Shown piece by piece: positions 47,816 to 60,206 of a stretch of 64,000 nt of DNA. A program made the translations under genes and the position numbers. The stretch is taken from the NCBI GenBank assembly GCA_024679065.1, contig JAGIQG010000004.1, positions 54,250,001 to 54,314,000 of the forward strand, written 5' to 3'. Each line of letters opens with the position of its first letter. The stretch's first letter is position 1. Origin of the DNA: Sphyrna mokarran (Eukaryota). The notes beneath the pieces are model-generated. The model saw only the letters and a program-made list of their open reading frames with translations, was not told the origin of the DNA and did not search any database.

Positions 47816-49191
47816 TCTGCCAATGGCAGACTGATGAAAATTGGGCTACAACTGAAGTAGTCTCAAGCTCCTGGAGGTTTTTGAAAGCTAGGATGGGAAT
47901 TTTAAACTAACTGTGCTATAGGACCAGAAGGCAATGTTGAACAGCAAGCATGGAGTGATGAATTAACAGGTTGTGGGATAGGTTCTACATATGTACACAA
48001 ATTCATATAAACACACAATACATAGTCACATATAAGCACGTGCATGTGCAGAAACACAGGTACACATAGATATTCACACTCACTCATGAATAGTCACTTT
48101 GTTGTAAAAAATCTTTAATATTGCTGATGATATAAGTTGAGATGTGATATTCTTTTGAATCTGTCCTGGTAAGTTAAAGATGAAAGCCTTCAATAGCATG
48201 TTTCTTTTTCAGCAATGCTCATGAATGGAAAGAATTATTTCTGGAGCAACTTGTATGACTTCAGAATGCCCCAAAACGTTTTTCTGCCAATGAAGAGTAG
48301 CCACTGCTATAATTTTTTTTATTCATTTACAACATGTTTACATCATTGGCCAGATCATCATTTATTGTCCATTCCTAGTTATCCTTTAGAAGATGGTGGT
48401 GAGCTGTCTTCTTGAACTGTTACAGTCAGTGATTTGTAAGTACTCCCACAGTGATGTTAGAAAGGGAATTCCATGATTTTGACCCAGCGATACAGGAACA
48501 AAGATATGTTTTGAAATCAGAATGGTGTGTGACTAGGAATACGTACGCAAGCTCATATACACACAGGTATTCCAGTTGGCATTCACACACATATATAAGC
48601 ATGTTCATATCTGCAAACATACAGCCATACGTAGGCATGCATGCACACACACAGGCAGAGAAGTTGCAAAACACTTAAATGGAAAATAATGGATCAATTT
48701 TCTTCCTTGTTCAAACAGCATGTTTATATTTTCACATTCCTTTTGTTTTATGCACTTTTATCTACAATATTTTGCTTGTTCAGGTTTCCACCCCACCATA
48801 GCTAACCTGGACAAGTTCACAAATGAAATTCTCTGTGCTGATGCCTACACACCCTCTTCATTGCAAAGACTGTCTTCTATTACCCTGTAGCATTATCTGT
48901 CGTCACCCCATCTCAATCCTCCGAGCTGGAACAGTTAATCATGCCGAATTGAATTCCATTGCAGAAATAAAATCTGAGGAGATATGAAATGGACTGTCCA
49001 CCCGCTTGCATCACTATACACAGTGTCAATTACATCAATGTATTCTTGGCTAACTTCTTCCACCCTGCTGACTTCCAGTTTGCATAACTTTAGCTCATTC
49101 ATAACTCTGCTGCCAATATAATTTCTTTCACCAAGTCTTGTAAAACTTTTATTCTTATTCTGGCTACCTACAATTGTTCCTTAAACCCTCG

Positions 49192-50170
49192 TGCTTCAAA
49201 TGTAAAATTCTCATATTTAGTTAGATTTAGTCTTGACCGTGATTATGCCCACCTCAGGAACTTGCCCAGCTAATCACACCCCCCTCCCGTCCATTATTCA
49301 TTCCTTATCTGCGGAACGTAATGCATTAGCTAAACTTTTACCTTCATTGCCCAGACCTTATTCTCTTTCTAAACCTGTTTCCTGCACTTCTTCTGTTCCG
49401 TTCACATTTCCAGGGTATAGAATACTTACAGTGCAAAAGACTATCTGGTCCATCAAGTCTGCACTGACTCTTCAACAGACCAATTTACCTAGGCCTGATC
49501 TCCATCATCCCATGTTTTTACTCCGCTATTCTCACTTACCCAACCATCCTGGGACTCTGAAGGGCTGTTTAACATGGCCAATCCATCTAACCTGTTGGAA
49601 CCACGTTTTCAATCAAAATTAGTCACAGAGGTTGATAGCATGGGAACAGGTCCTTTGGGCCAACTTGTCCATGCCATACAGTTTTTACCATTAAGCTAGC
49701 CCCAATTGCCCACATTTGGCCCATATCTCTCTTACCTTTGTTACCCATGTATCTGTCTAAATGAATTTTAAAAGACAAAATTGTATCTGCCTCTACTATT
49801 ACTTTTAATAACTCATTCCAGATGCTCACCACGCTCTCAGTGAAAAGATTTCCCCTTTGAATCCTTTTGTATCTTTCCCCTCTCACCTTAAATCTATGTC
49901 CTCTACCTTTAGACCCCCATACATTTTGGAAAATATGTTGAATATCTATGTCCCTCATTATGCTTCAAATGTAAAATTCTCATATTTAGTTAGATTTAGT
50001 CTTGACCGTGATTATGCCCATCTCAGGAACTCGCCCAGCCAATCACGCCCCCCTCCTGCCCATTATTCATTCCCTATCTGCGGAATGTAATGCATTAGCT
50101 AAACTTTTACCTTCATTGCCCAGACCTTATTCTCTTTCTAAACCTGTTTCCTGCATTTCTTCTGTTCCGT
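49192..50170 (+). repeat. ~210-bp near-identical direct repeat (49192-49401 and 49961-50170)
   Basis: tgcttcaaatgtaaaattctc...cttctgttccgt occurs twice with about ten substitutions. Confidence 0.95.
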
Positions 50171-50387
50171 ATAACATATATGGAATATATATAAGATCAC
50201 TCCTGAGCACCCCTGCACTCTAGGGTTCAAAAGTCTCAGTCTATCCAATCTCTTTTTATAATTCAAACCATCAAGTCCCAGTAGCATCTACGTAAATCTT
50301 TTCTGTACTCTTTCTAGTTTAATAATATCCTTTCGATAATAGGGAGGTCAGAACTGTGTGGCCTTACAAGGAGATGTCCCAACTCCT

Positions 50388-53044
50388 ACAAAGAACAAAG
50401 AACTACACACCACTGGAAACAGGCCCTTCGGCCCAATGAACCCATGTCGCCATTTAACATTGTGAGTGCCCTCCTCTATCTATGACCTTTGTCTATGCCT
50501 ATTGGGGAAGATTGAGGGAAGACGAATTTAGGGACAATTTGTTACACCAATCAGCTTAACAGCATGTTTCTGGGGCGTGGGAGAAAACCCACGCAATCAC
50601 GGGGAGAATGTGCTAACTGTCACAGACACTGGCCCAAATCCATGTATCTGCACAGCAAACGGTGATAGTCACTGAGCTGTCATGTTGCCCGTCAGATGGT
50701 CCAGTTTAAGTGTACACCAATGACGTGAAGCAGTAGGCAACTCTTGAAGCAGCATCAAAGAGCAGCCCTCGCACGATCCACCTTGTGTATGCCCCTTGTT
50801 GGATAACAAATCGGGCTGAATCACCTGTGAAGTAAAAGAAAAGACATTAATAAACATGCACGACTTAGACAGATGTTTACGGAATCCCCAGAAGCTCAGA
50901 AGTAAGACAAGTGAGCCATGAAATATGTTGGAAGGTTCATAGAAATCAGTTGATTCCCAGGGATGTCCCAATGCTCTTGATCTTTATTTAGAACAGTCTC
51001 CTGTATCCCTCCATCTCTGCTCCGCTCATGTGCCTATCTAAATAAATCTTAAACAACTCTAGCATTCTTGCCTCCACCACCTTGCTTGGCAGTGCATTCC
51101 AGGTCCCCATTGTGTAAAAAACCTCCCTCTAACATCCGAATTATACCTTGCCCCACTGATCCTAAGTCGGCAGCCCCTCGTAATTTTTGTATCCAACCTA
51201 GGAAAAGGTTTACCAGTGTTCACTCTATCTATACCCTTCATAATCTTATACATCTCTATTAGATCTTCCCTTATTCTCCACCTTTCTAAGGAGAACAGCC
51301 CCAATTTACCAAATTTCTCCTCATAGCTCAGTCCTTCCATACCAGGCAGCATCTTGGTAAACCTCCTTTGCACTCTCTCCAGGTTCTCCACGCCCTTCTT
51401 GTAGTAAGACTACCAGAACTGGATGCAGTACTCCAAATGTGGATGAACCAACGTTCTGTACAACTTCAACATTAGACGCCAGCTTTCATACTCTATACCC
51501 CTCCCTATAAAGGCAATCATACCATAGGCCTTCTTTGCCACCTTCTCCACCTGTACTGCCACCTTCAAGGACTTGTATACTTGCACCTCCAGGTCCTTCT
51601 CCATTTCTATACTCTTAATAGGCCTACCATTTATTGTGTAACACCCCCATCCTACATTATTTCTTCCAAAATGCATCACCTCGCATTTATCTGGATTAAA
51701 TTCCATCTGCATTTCTCTGCTCAATATACCAGCCTATCTATATATCCTGCTGTATTGCCTGATACTGCTCCTCACTATTAGCAAGTCCAGCCATCTTCGT
51801 ATCATCTGCAAACTTGCTGATCACACCACTTACTCCCTCTTCCAAGTCATTTATGTATATTACAAATAGCAAAGGTCCCAGTACTGAGCCGTGGGGCACA
51901 CCACTAATTACAGACCTCCAGCTAGAAAAGGACCCTTCCACTTCTACTCTCTGTCTCCTGTTACCAAGCCAGTTCTCAATCCATCTGGACACCTGTCCTT
52001 GTATCCCATGAGCGTTAACTTTTTCAACTAACCTCCCATGAGGGACTTTGTCAAATGCCTTACTGAAATCCATGTAGGCGACATCCACGGCTCGTCTTTC
52101 GTCGATCGTTTTTGTCACCTCCTGAAAAATTTCTACCAGACTCATAAGGCAGGACCTCCCCTTTACAAAACCATGCTGCCTATCACTAATCAAATTGCCA
52201 CACTCTAAATGCGTATACATCCTATGAATCCTTTCAACATCTTCCCTACTACTGACAGCAAACTCACTGGCCTATAATTACCCAGGTTATTCCTACTACC
52301 CTTTTTAAACAACGGTACCACGTTCGCTATCCTCCAGTCCTCTGGGACCTCACCTGTGTCCAACAAAGAGACAAATATTTGCGTCAGAGGCCCAGCAATT
52401 TCATCTCTCGTCTCCCTAAGCAGCCTAGGATAAATGCCATCAGGCCCCGGAGATTTATCAATTTTAATACCACCTAAAAACCCAAACACTTCCTCCCTCG
52501 TAATAGATATTTCGTCCAACGAGTCTACAACTCTGTCCAAGACAGTACCAGACAACAAGTCCCTCTCCTTCTTGAATACTAACACAAAGTATTCATTCAG
52601 GATCTCCACCATTCCCTTGGAGTCTAAGCACAGTTCCCCTCCTCTGTCCCTAAGAGAACTGATTTTTCCTCTAACCACCCTTTTGTTCCTAACATAGGAG
52701 TAAAATACCATTGGATTTTCCTTAATCCTGTCTGCCAAGACCATTTCATGCTCCTTTTCGCCATTCTAACTCCTTGTTTGAGCTCCCCCCTACTCTCCCT
52801 GTATTCCCCCAATGCTCTCTCCATTCCCAGTTGCTTAGACCTAACATACGCCTCTCTTTTCTTCCTGACCCTCCTCAATCTCTCTAGTTATCCGCAGCTC
52901 TCTGATCCTACCTTTCCCATCCTTCCTCTTAACTGGTACATGTCTTTCCTGCAACCTTTTCAGCTGTACCTTAAAAGACTCCCACATGCCGAACGTGGAC
53001 TTACCCTCAAACAACCTCTCCCAATCTGTATCTATATCAGTATG
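50388..53044 (-). mobile_element. CR1 LINE ORF2 fragment with 3' region and V-SINE-like tail, inserted in an older CR1
   Basis: Frameshifted RT ORFs from 52878 to 51059 (KSPGPDG, QHGF, DFSKAFD, FADD, HLEYCIQFW). (GTTCTTT)-type tail at 50388. Confidence 0.88.
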
Positions 53045-53918
53045 CTGTATTTAATGTTCTAACCAATGAAACCAAGCACACCGAATGCCTACATCAGCAG
53101 CCTGTCCACCTGTGACTCCACTTTCTAGAAGCTATATACCTGTTCTCCTATATCTCTTTGTTCCATAACTCTCCCCAATGCCCTACCACAACTGAGGTAG
53201 TTATGCCCTGATTTGATCTACCAAAATGTATCACATTTATCTAAATTACGTTCCATCCTGCCGTACATCAGCCACTAGTGTAACTGATCAAGTTCCTGTT
53301 GCAATCCCAGATAATCTTCTCACTGTGCCACTATGCCACCAATCCTAGTGTCATCTGCAAACTTACTATCCATGCCTCTTAAATTTTTATCCAAATCATT
53401 AATATAAATGATAAATTATAGCGGATACAGCACTGATCCCTGGGCATACCACTGATCCCATGCCTTCAGTTTGAAAAACAACTCTCTACAGCCACCGCCT
53501 GTCTTTTGTCATCCAGCTAATTTTGTATCCAGCTGGCTATCTTACCCTGGATCCCATGAGATTTAACGTTATGCAACAACCTACCATGCGGTACCTTGTC
53601 AAAGTCCATATAGGCAAAATCAACTGCACCGTCCTCATCTACATTCTTGGTTATCCCTTCACAACGCTCAATCAAATTCATGAGACATGATTTTCCACTC
53701 ACAAAGCCACATTTGCTGTCCCTCATCAGTCCTTGCCTCTCTCAATGCCTGTAGGTCCTATCCCTCAGAATACCTTTTCACAACTTACTTATTACACTTG
53801 TTTAGCTCACCTGTCTGTGGCTCCCAGGTTTTTCCCTGCAGCTGTTCTCAAAGAAAGGTGCAATATTTGCCACCTCCAATCTTCAAGCACCTCACCCATG
53901 GCGATCGACAATCCAAAT

Positions 53919-56900
53919 TTCTGCACCTGAACCGGAGGGGTACCAATATCTTGGGGGGTAAATTTACCAGTGCTATTCGGGGGGGATTAAACTGATTCGG
54001 GGGGGATGGGAACCTGAATTGTTGTGCCAGTATACAGGAGGATGTGAATAGGGAGGTCACGGATAAGGTTTCTAGGTTGCAGCAGTATAGTGGCAAACGG
54101 GAGGGGGGTTTGAAGTGTGTATACTTTAATGCGAGGAGCATACGCAATAAGGTGGATGAACTTGCAGCCTGGATTGGTGCTGGGGACTTCGATGTTGTGG
54201 CCATTTCAGAGACGTGGATAGAGCAGGGGCAGGAATGGTTGTTGCAGGTTCCGGGGTTCAGATGTTTCAGTCAGAACAGAGGTGGTGGTAGAAGAGGGGG
54301 AGGAGTGGCATTGTTAGTTAAGGACAGCATTACGGTCGCAGAAAAGACGTTTGATGTGGACTTGTCTGCTGAGGTAGTGTGGGCTGAGATTAGAAACAAG
54401 AAAGGAGAGGTCACACTGTTGGGAGTTTTTTATAGGCCTCCAAAAAGTTCCAGAGAAGTAGAGGAAGGGATTGCAAAATTGATCCTGGATAGGTGTGAAA
54501 GTGTAAGTGTGAGTGTAAGTGTAAGTGAAACTGCAAATGTGAAAGTAACAGGGTAGTTGTAATGGGGGACTTTAAATTTTCTAACATCGATTGGAAAAGC
54601 TATAGTTCAAGTACGTTAGAGGGGTCAGTTTTTGTTCAATGTGTGCAGGAGGGTTTCATGACTCAGTTTGTAGATAGGCCAACAAGAGGTGAGGCTATAT
54701 TGGATTTGGTACTGGGTAATGAACCAGACAGGTGTTAGACTTGGAGATGGGTGTGCACTTTGGTGATAGCGACCACAATTTGGTTACGTTTACCTTAGTG
54801 ATGGAAAGGGACGGGCATGTACCGAATAACAGTAGTTATAGCTGGGGGAAAGGTAGTTATGAGGCTATTAGGAGAGATTTAGGATGCATACGGTGGAGCA
54901 GGAAATTGCAGGGGCTGGGGACATCTGAAATGTGGAGCATATTTAAGGAACAGCTTCTGCATGTCCTTAATGAATATGTACCTGGCAGGCAGGGAGGAAG
55001 TGGTCGAGTGAGGGAAGCATGGTGTATTAGGGAAGTTGAATCTCTGGTGAAGAGGAAGAAGGGGGCTTATATAATGATGAGACGTGAAGGGTCAGTTAGG
55101 GCAATAGAGAGCTATAAATCAGCCAGGAAGGAGCTAAAGAGGGAGTTGAGAAGAGCTAGAAGAAGACACGAGAAGACTTTGGCGGATAGGATTAAGGAGA
55201 ATCGTAAAGCTTTTTACAGGTATATAAATAATAAAAGATTGGTTAGGGCAAGATTAGGGCCAGTCAGAGATAGCAGTGGGAAGTTGTGAGTGGAGCCTGA
55301 GGAGATAGGAGAGACACTGAATGAGTATTTTTCGTCAGTATTCACGCAGGAGAAAGACAGTGTTGTCAGGGAGAATACTGCGATACCAGGTTGTAGACTG
55401 GGTAGGATTGAGGTTCATAAGGAGGAGGTGTTAGCGAATCTTGAGGGTATGAAAATTGATAAGTCCCCTGGGCCAGATGGGATTGACCCTAGGATTCTCT
55501 GGGAGGCTAGAGAGGAGATTGCAGAGCCTTTGGCTTTGATCTTCATGTCGTCGTTAGCTACAGGTATAGTGCCGGAAGACTGGAGGATGGCAAATGTTGT
55601 CCCTTTGTTCAAAAAGGGGGGTAGGGACCATCCTGGAAATTATAGACCGGTGAGCCTGACTTCTGTTGTGGGCAAGGTCTTGGAAAGAATTATAAGGGAT
55701 AGGATTTATAAGCATCTAGAGAGAAATAAATTGATTAGGGATAGTCAGCACGGTTTTGTGAAGGGTAGGTCGTGCCTCACAAACCTTATTGAGTTTTTGA
55801 GGAGGTGACCAAAGAGGTAGATAAGGGTAAGGCAGTTGATGTAGTGTATATGGATTTTAGCAAAGCGTTTGATAAGGCTCCCCATGGTAGGCTACTGCAG
55901 AAAGTGCAGATGCATGGGATTGAAGGTGATTTAGCAGTTTGGATTAGGAATTGGCTAGCTGATAGACGACAGAGGGTGGTGGTTGATGGGAAATATTCAA
56001 CCTGGAGTGCAGTTACAAGTGGTGTACCTCAAGGATCTGTTTTGGGGCCACTGCTGTTTTTCATTTTTATAAATGACCTAGATGAGGGTGTAGAGGGTTG
56101 GATTAGTAAATTTGCTGACGATACCAAAGTGGGGGGAGTTGTAGACAGCGAGGATGGATGTTACAGTATGCAGAGGGACATAGATAGGTTGCAGAGCTGG
56201 GCCGTGAGGTGGCAAATGGAATTCAATACGGATAAGTGTGAGGTGATTCACTTTGGTACGAATAACAGGCATATGAAATATAGGGTTAATGGAAGGACCC
56301 TTAATAGCGTTGTTGAGCAGAGGGATCTTGGGGTACAAGTACACAGCTCTTTGAAAGTTGGCACCCAGGTTGATAAAGTTGTTAAGAAGGCGTACGGTGT
56401 GTTAGCTTTTATTGGTAGAGGGATTGAATTTAGGAGCCGTGAGGTTATGTTACAACTATACAAAACTCTGGTGCGGCCGCACTTGGAGTATTGCGTACAG
56501 TTCTGGTCGCCGCATTATAAGAAAGATGGGGAAGCATTGGAAAGGGTGCAGAGGAGGTTTACCAGGATGTTGCCTGGTATGGTGGGAAGGCCTTATGAGG
56601 AAAGGCTGAGGGACCTGAGGTTATTTTCATTAGAGAGAAGAAGGGTACTCGGTGACCTAATTGAGGCGTATAAGATGATCAAGGGATTGGATAGGGTGGA
56701 TAGTGAGAGCCTTTTTCCTCAGATGGTGATGACCAACACGAGGAGACATAACTTTAAATTAAGAAGTGGTAGTTATAGGACGGATGTCAGAGGCAGGTTG
56801 TTTACACAGAGGGTGGTGAGAGCGTGGAATGCACTGCCTGCAGCAGTTGTGGACTCGCCTACTTTGGGGGCATTCAAATGTTCAGTGGATAGGCATATGG

Positions 56901-57000
56901 ATGATATTGGAATAGTTTAGGTTAGAGGGTCCACTGGCTGGCGCAACATCGAGGGCCGAAGGGCCTGTACTGCGCTGTAATGTTCTATGTTCTATGTTCT
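53919..57000 (+). mobile_element. Young 5'-truncated CR1 LINE: ORF1 esterase C-terminus plus near-complete ORF2 (APE + RT), inactivated
   Basis: ORF1 SGNH-type end LHLNRRGTNILGG. APE motifs NARSIRNK, ISETW, YRPP, GDFK, SDH. RT motifs YRPVSLTS, DFSKAFD, GVPQGSVLGP, FADD. (TTCTATG)n tail ends at 57000. Lesions near 54500, 54730, 55288 and 55800. Confidence 0.95.
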
Positions 57001-58012
57001 AAATATCTCTGCTAGTGACTGCAACTGTCACTCTAGCCTCCTCCCAGAATATATTTCATTGGGTCACGGGGATTTATCTAACCTGATATGCTTTAATACT
57101 TCTTCTTTCTCTGAAATAAGTATATTCCTCAGGCCATCATTACTTATTTCTCCAACTTTAAATACCAATGAGAAATATTAATTTAGGATCTCACCCACCG
57201 CTTGTGGATCTGCACACAGATGACCTTTTTGATCGTTAAAAGGTCTACTCTCTTCTTAGTTAGTCTTTTGCTCTTTGTGCATTCATTTGTAGAAGCTTTT
57301 TGGATTCTACTTTGCTTTATCGGCTAAGCAACTTTATGCCCCCTTTTTTGCCCTCCTGATTTCTCTCTTAATTCTACCCCTACACCCTCTATATCCTTCT
57401 AGGGTTCCAATTGGTCTCAGCTATCTATGCATGTCATATGCCCCCTTGTTCTTGTTAACCAGGGCCTCCATATCCCAAGTCACCCACGGTTCCTTTCTTC
57501 TACCAGCCTTGCCCTTCACTCTAAGAGAACGTGTTTACCCTGAACTCTGGTTAGCACTGTTTTGAAAGCCTTCCACTTACCAACTAATGCTTTGCCTGCC
57601 AACAGACTCCCCCAATCAACTTTCTATCTAATCCTATCTAATGTCATGGAAATTGATCTTGCTCCAATTTCTATTTTAAATTTTGGGAAATTTTACTATT
57701 CTCCTTAGTTATCTTAAAACTAAAATAATTAGTACCAAAGTGATCCCTCATTAAGTGTCACCAGTCAGCCCTTATTTCCCAAGAGGAGGTCGCACTTTGC
57801 TCCCTCTCTAGCTTTCCTTCCTGCTAATATGCCTTTGGCTGGGTGCATTATTCTTTTTGGTTAGATCTTTTGGAAAATCTTTAGTACACATTTCTAATTC
57901 AAACGCATACTTATAGATATAAGAGGTGAGTTTCCTCTTCTTTTCCAGGTCTGTTGGTGTTGTGATAATGTCACTATACTCTCTGTTGTGATTTTGGCTA
58001 ATACTATGGGGT

Positions 58013-58323
58013 TGGCATGGTGGCATAGTGGTTCGCGCTACTGCTCCACAGTGCCAGAGACCTGGGTTCAATTCCAGCCCTGGATCACTGTTGGTGTGGT
58101 GTTTACACATTTCCCTGTGTCTGCGTGGCTTTCCTCTGAGTGCTCCGGTTTCCTCCCAAGTCTAAAGATATGCGGATTATGTTAATTGGCCTTGCTAAAT
58201 TGTCCTTTACTTAGTTCGGGGGATTAGCAGAGTAACGATGTGGGGTTATGGAGATCGGTAGGATTGTGTTGGTGCAGGCTCAATGGGCCAAATAGTCTTC
58301 TTCTCCACTGTTCAGATTCTATG
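58013..58323 (+). mobile_element. HE1-type V-SINE; further copies at ~5080-5250(-), 20430-20690(-), 24415-24635(+), 28060-28310(+), 31830-32170(-), 41745-42050(+), 42790-43045(+)
   Basis: ggcatggtggcatagtggtt...gggttcaattcc...tctgcgtgg.tttcctc..agtgctccggtttcctccca. Confidence 0.85.
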
Positions 58324-58834
58324 ACAAAGTGGTTTGATTGAGAGGTTAACTTATTGTTTCTTTTGACAGATAGTGATTTGCACATTGAGCATTTCCAGTA
58401 TGTTCTCTTTTACATTACATACAATTGCACTGAGTCTACAGCACAGACGATTCGGCCCAATTGATATATGCTGGCATTTATGCATCTCTCCCTCTATTTA
58501 TCCCGACCAACATCTTTCCTTCTGCCTCATCTACGTTTCAGGCTTCTTTCTTCAATGTTCTACACCATTCCACTGAATGATCCCTATATTTAATATGTTC
58601 CATATTCTTACCACTTACCATGTGTAGAAGCTACTCATGAATTCTCGACTGGATATATTTATATCTGTTTTATGTTTCTATCCTCAGGTTTCGGATTCCC
58701 TCATAAGTGGACTCATTTTCTCTACATCAAATCTATTAACGCTGTTCCTAATTTCAATAACCTCGATCGGGTCTCCCTTTAGCTTCCATTTTTTCACTCA
58801 TATACAACGATTCAAATGTTAGCCATTATTCAGT

Positions 58835-59190
58835 TAGTAACACTCACTCCTGCCTGAGAAAGTTGTGTTTTCAAGCCGTACTCCGCGATCTGGCCACCAA
58901 GAATTTAAATTGACATACCAGTGCAGTACTGAGCGAGTGCTGCATTGTCCGACGTGCTGTCTCCACAAGTCAACGTTATACCTAGGCCCCAGCTACCTTC
59001 GTGGGTAACCATTAAATACGTTATGCCACTAGTTGGTGAAGAACAGAAGAGTTATCCCCAGTGCCCTGATCAACTTCATCACTCAATCAACATCTCAAAA
59101 AATAAGGTTTTGGGGCGTTTGTTGTGTACATGTTTCCTTAACACGCAATGGCCACACTTCAGAATTTGTCTGCAAATGGCTATGCCAAAT
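58835..59190 (+). mobile_element. DeuSINE remnant at the position equivalent to 300-625
   Basis: ccagtgcagtactgagcgagtgctgcattgtc...gaagaacagaagagttatccccagtgccctg. Confidence 0.65.
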
Positions 59191-59500
59191 TCGGATTAAA
59201 AAAAATACGAATCCCTCCCAGTAATCGGGACCGTTGGTATTTTACTCGTTAATAATTGAAGAAAAATATCTAGCAGCTCTTTCTAGCGAAATCTTACGTA
59301 CCTCAACAAAACACTTCTTTTCCTAAGAACAGGGAACATCCTGCAAGTGTCTTCGCAACACTGCTAACCCAGATTAACAGAGGAGGTCGCTGTTTCCTGA
59401 AAATTGTTGCTGGGCTGGAGGAATAATTGTCGGAATTATGCACCGGATGTTGCTCCGGAATGTCTCATTATTCTCAATGTGTAATTTGTAGTCCAAATGC

Positions 59501-60206
59501 TCACCTTCAAATAACATTCATTTTAATGTGAATTTGCAATCTTATTATAAAGGTTTGAATTGAAAGGCGATGTGCGCACTGGTGATAAACATTGTCTTGC
59601 CTTTGGCACTGTGACAGCTTGAAATACTGCCCAAGGATGACTATCAGCACCATTATTACTAATAGACTCACTCAATACCGAGCACTATTAGAGGATAATG
59701 ACATTGTGAGCGCCGCAAACGAAGAACAGCGGAGACATAAGACCGTTAATATCATTACATCCAGCGAGAATACCAGGAATACACTGGATCAGAACTTATT
59801 AGTGTAATGACCATTCAATATAAATACAGAGTTATTAAAAAATCAAGTTACTGCCTGTTGAAACAGTTCACATTCGGACTAATGCTTCAAAATGTACTAA
59901 AAGAATACAACAAATTCAAATGCTAATATGGTTCTCAAAATAATTACTGGATTATGTAACAGAACAAATGAACAAGAGTTTCCGAAAAAGAAGTGAACAT
60001 TTGTAATTTACAAATTTGGATCTGAACAGAAAGAGGAGCCCACTTCTCCGCGTTAATGCCGCATCTTCATACATTCCGACCGTCCTTCACTATTTATTTG
60101 TGTTGACCCCAGGTTCAATTTTCATGCTGTTTTTCCAGGAAAGTCGATGAGGAGGATGGACAGAATTTACACTCCATCCAGTCAATCCTCGGATGAATGG
60201 GGCGAA
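59501..60206 (-). pseudogene. Gene D: decayed paralog of gene A (C1 remnant, TM, last exon)
   Basis: Colinear with 1200-2140 at an offset of about 58.2 kb. TM reads LLVIMVLIVILGQYFKLSQCQ with a GC donor, the last exon begins G TGA at 59504, and a C1 remnant with deletions and stops starts at 60206. No V exon seen in the window. Confidence 0.78.

Larger units (their letters stand above)
49623..57790 (-). mobile_element. Old CR1 LINE split by three later insertions
   Basis: Colinear CR1 pieces at 49623-49960, 50171-50387, 53045-53918 and 57001-57790. Confidence 0.75.

Noticed and set aside
47990-48675. ACAC/ATAC-rich tracts as a spacer array
   Set aside because: Decayed CA/TA microsatellite-like sequence with no repeat-spacer regularity. 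No CRISPR array is present in this eukaryotic window.
55805-56920. 371-aa reverse transcriptase ORF as a novel or domesticated RT system
   Set aside because: Ordinary CR1 ORF2 fragment with upstream frameshifts, a stop and a typical microsatellite tail.
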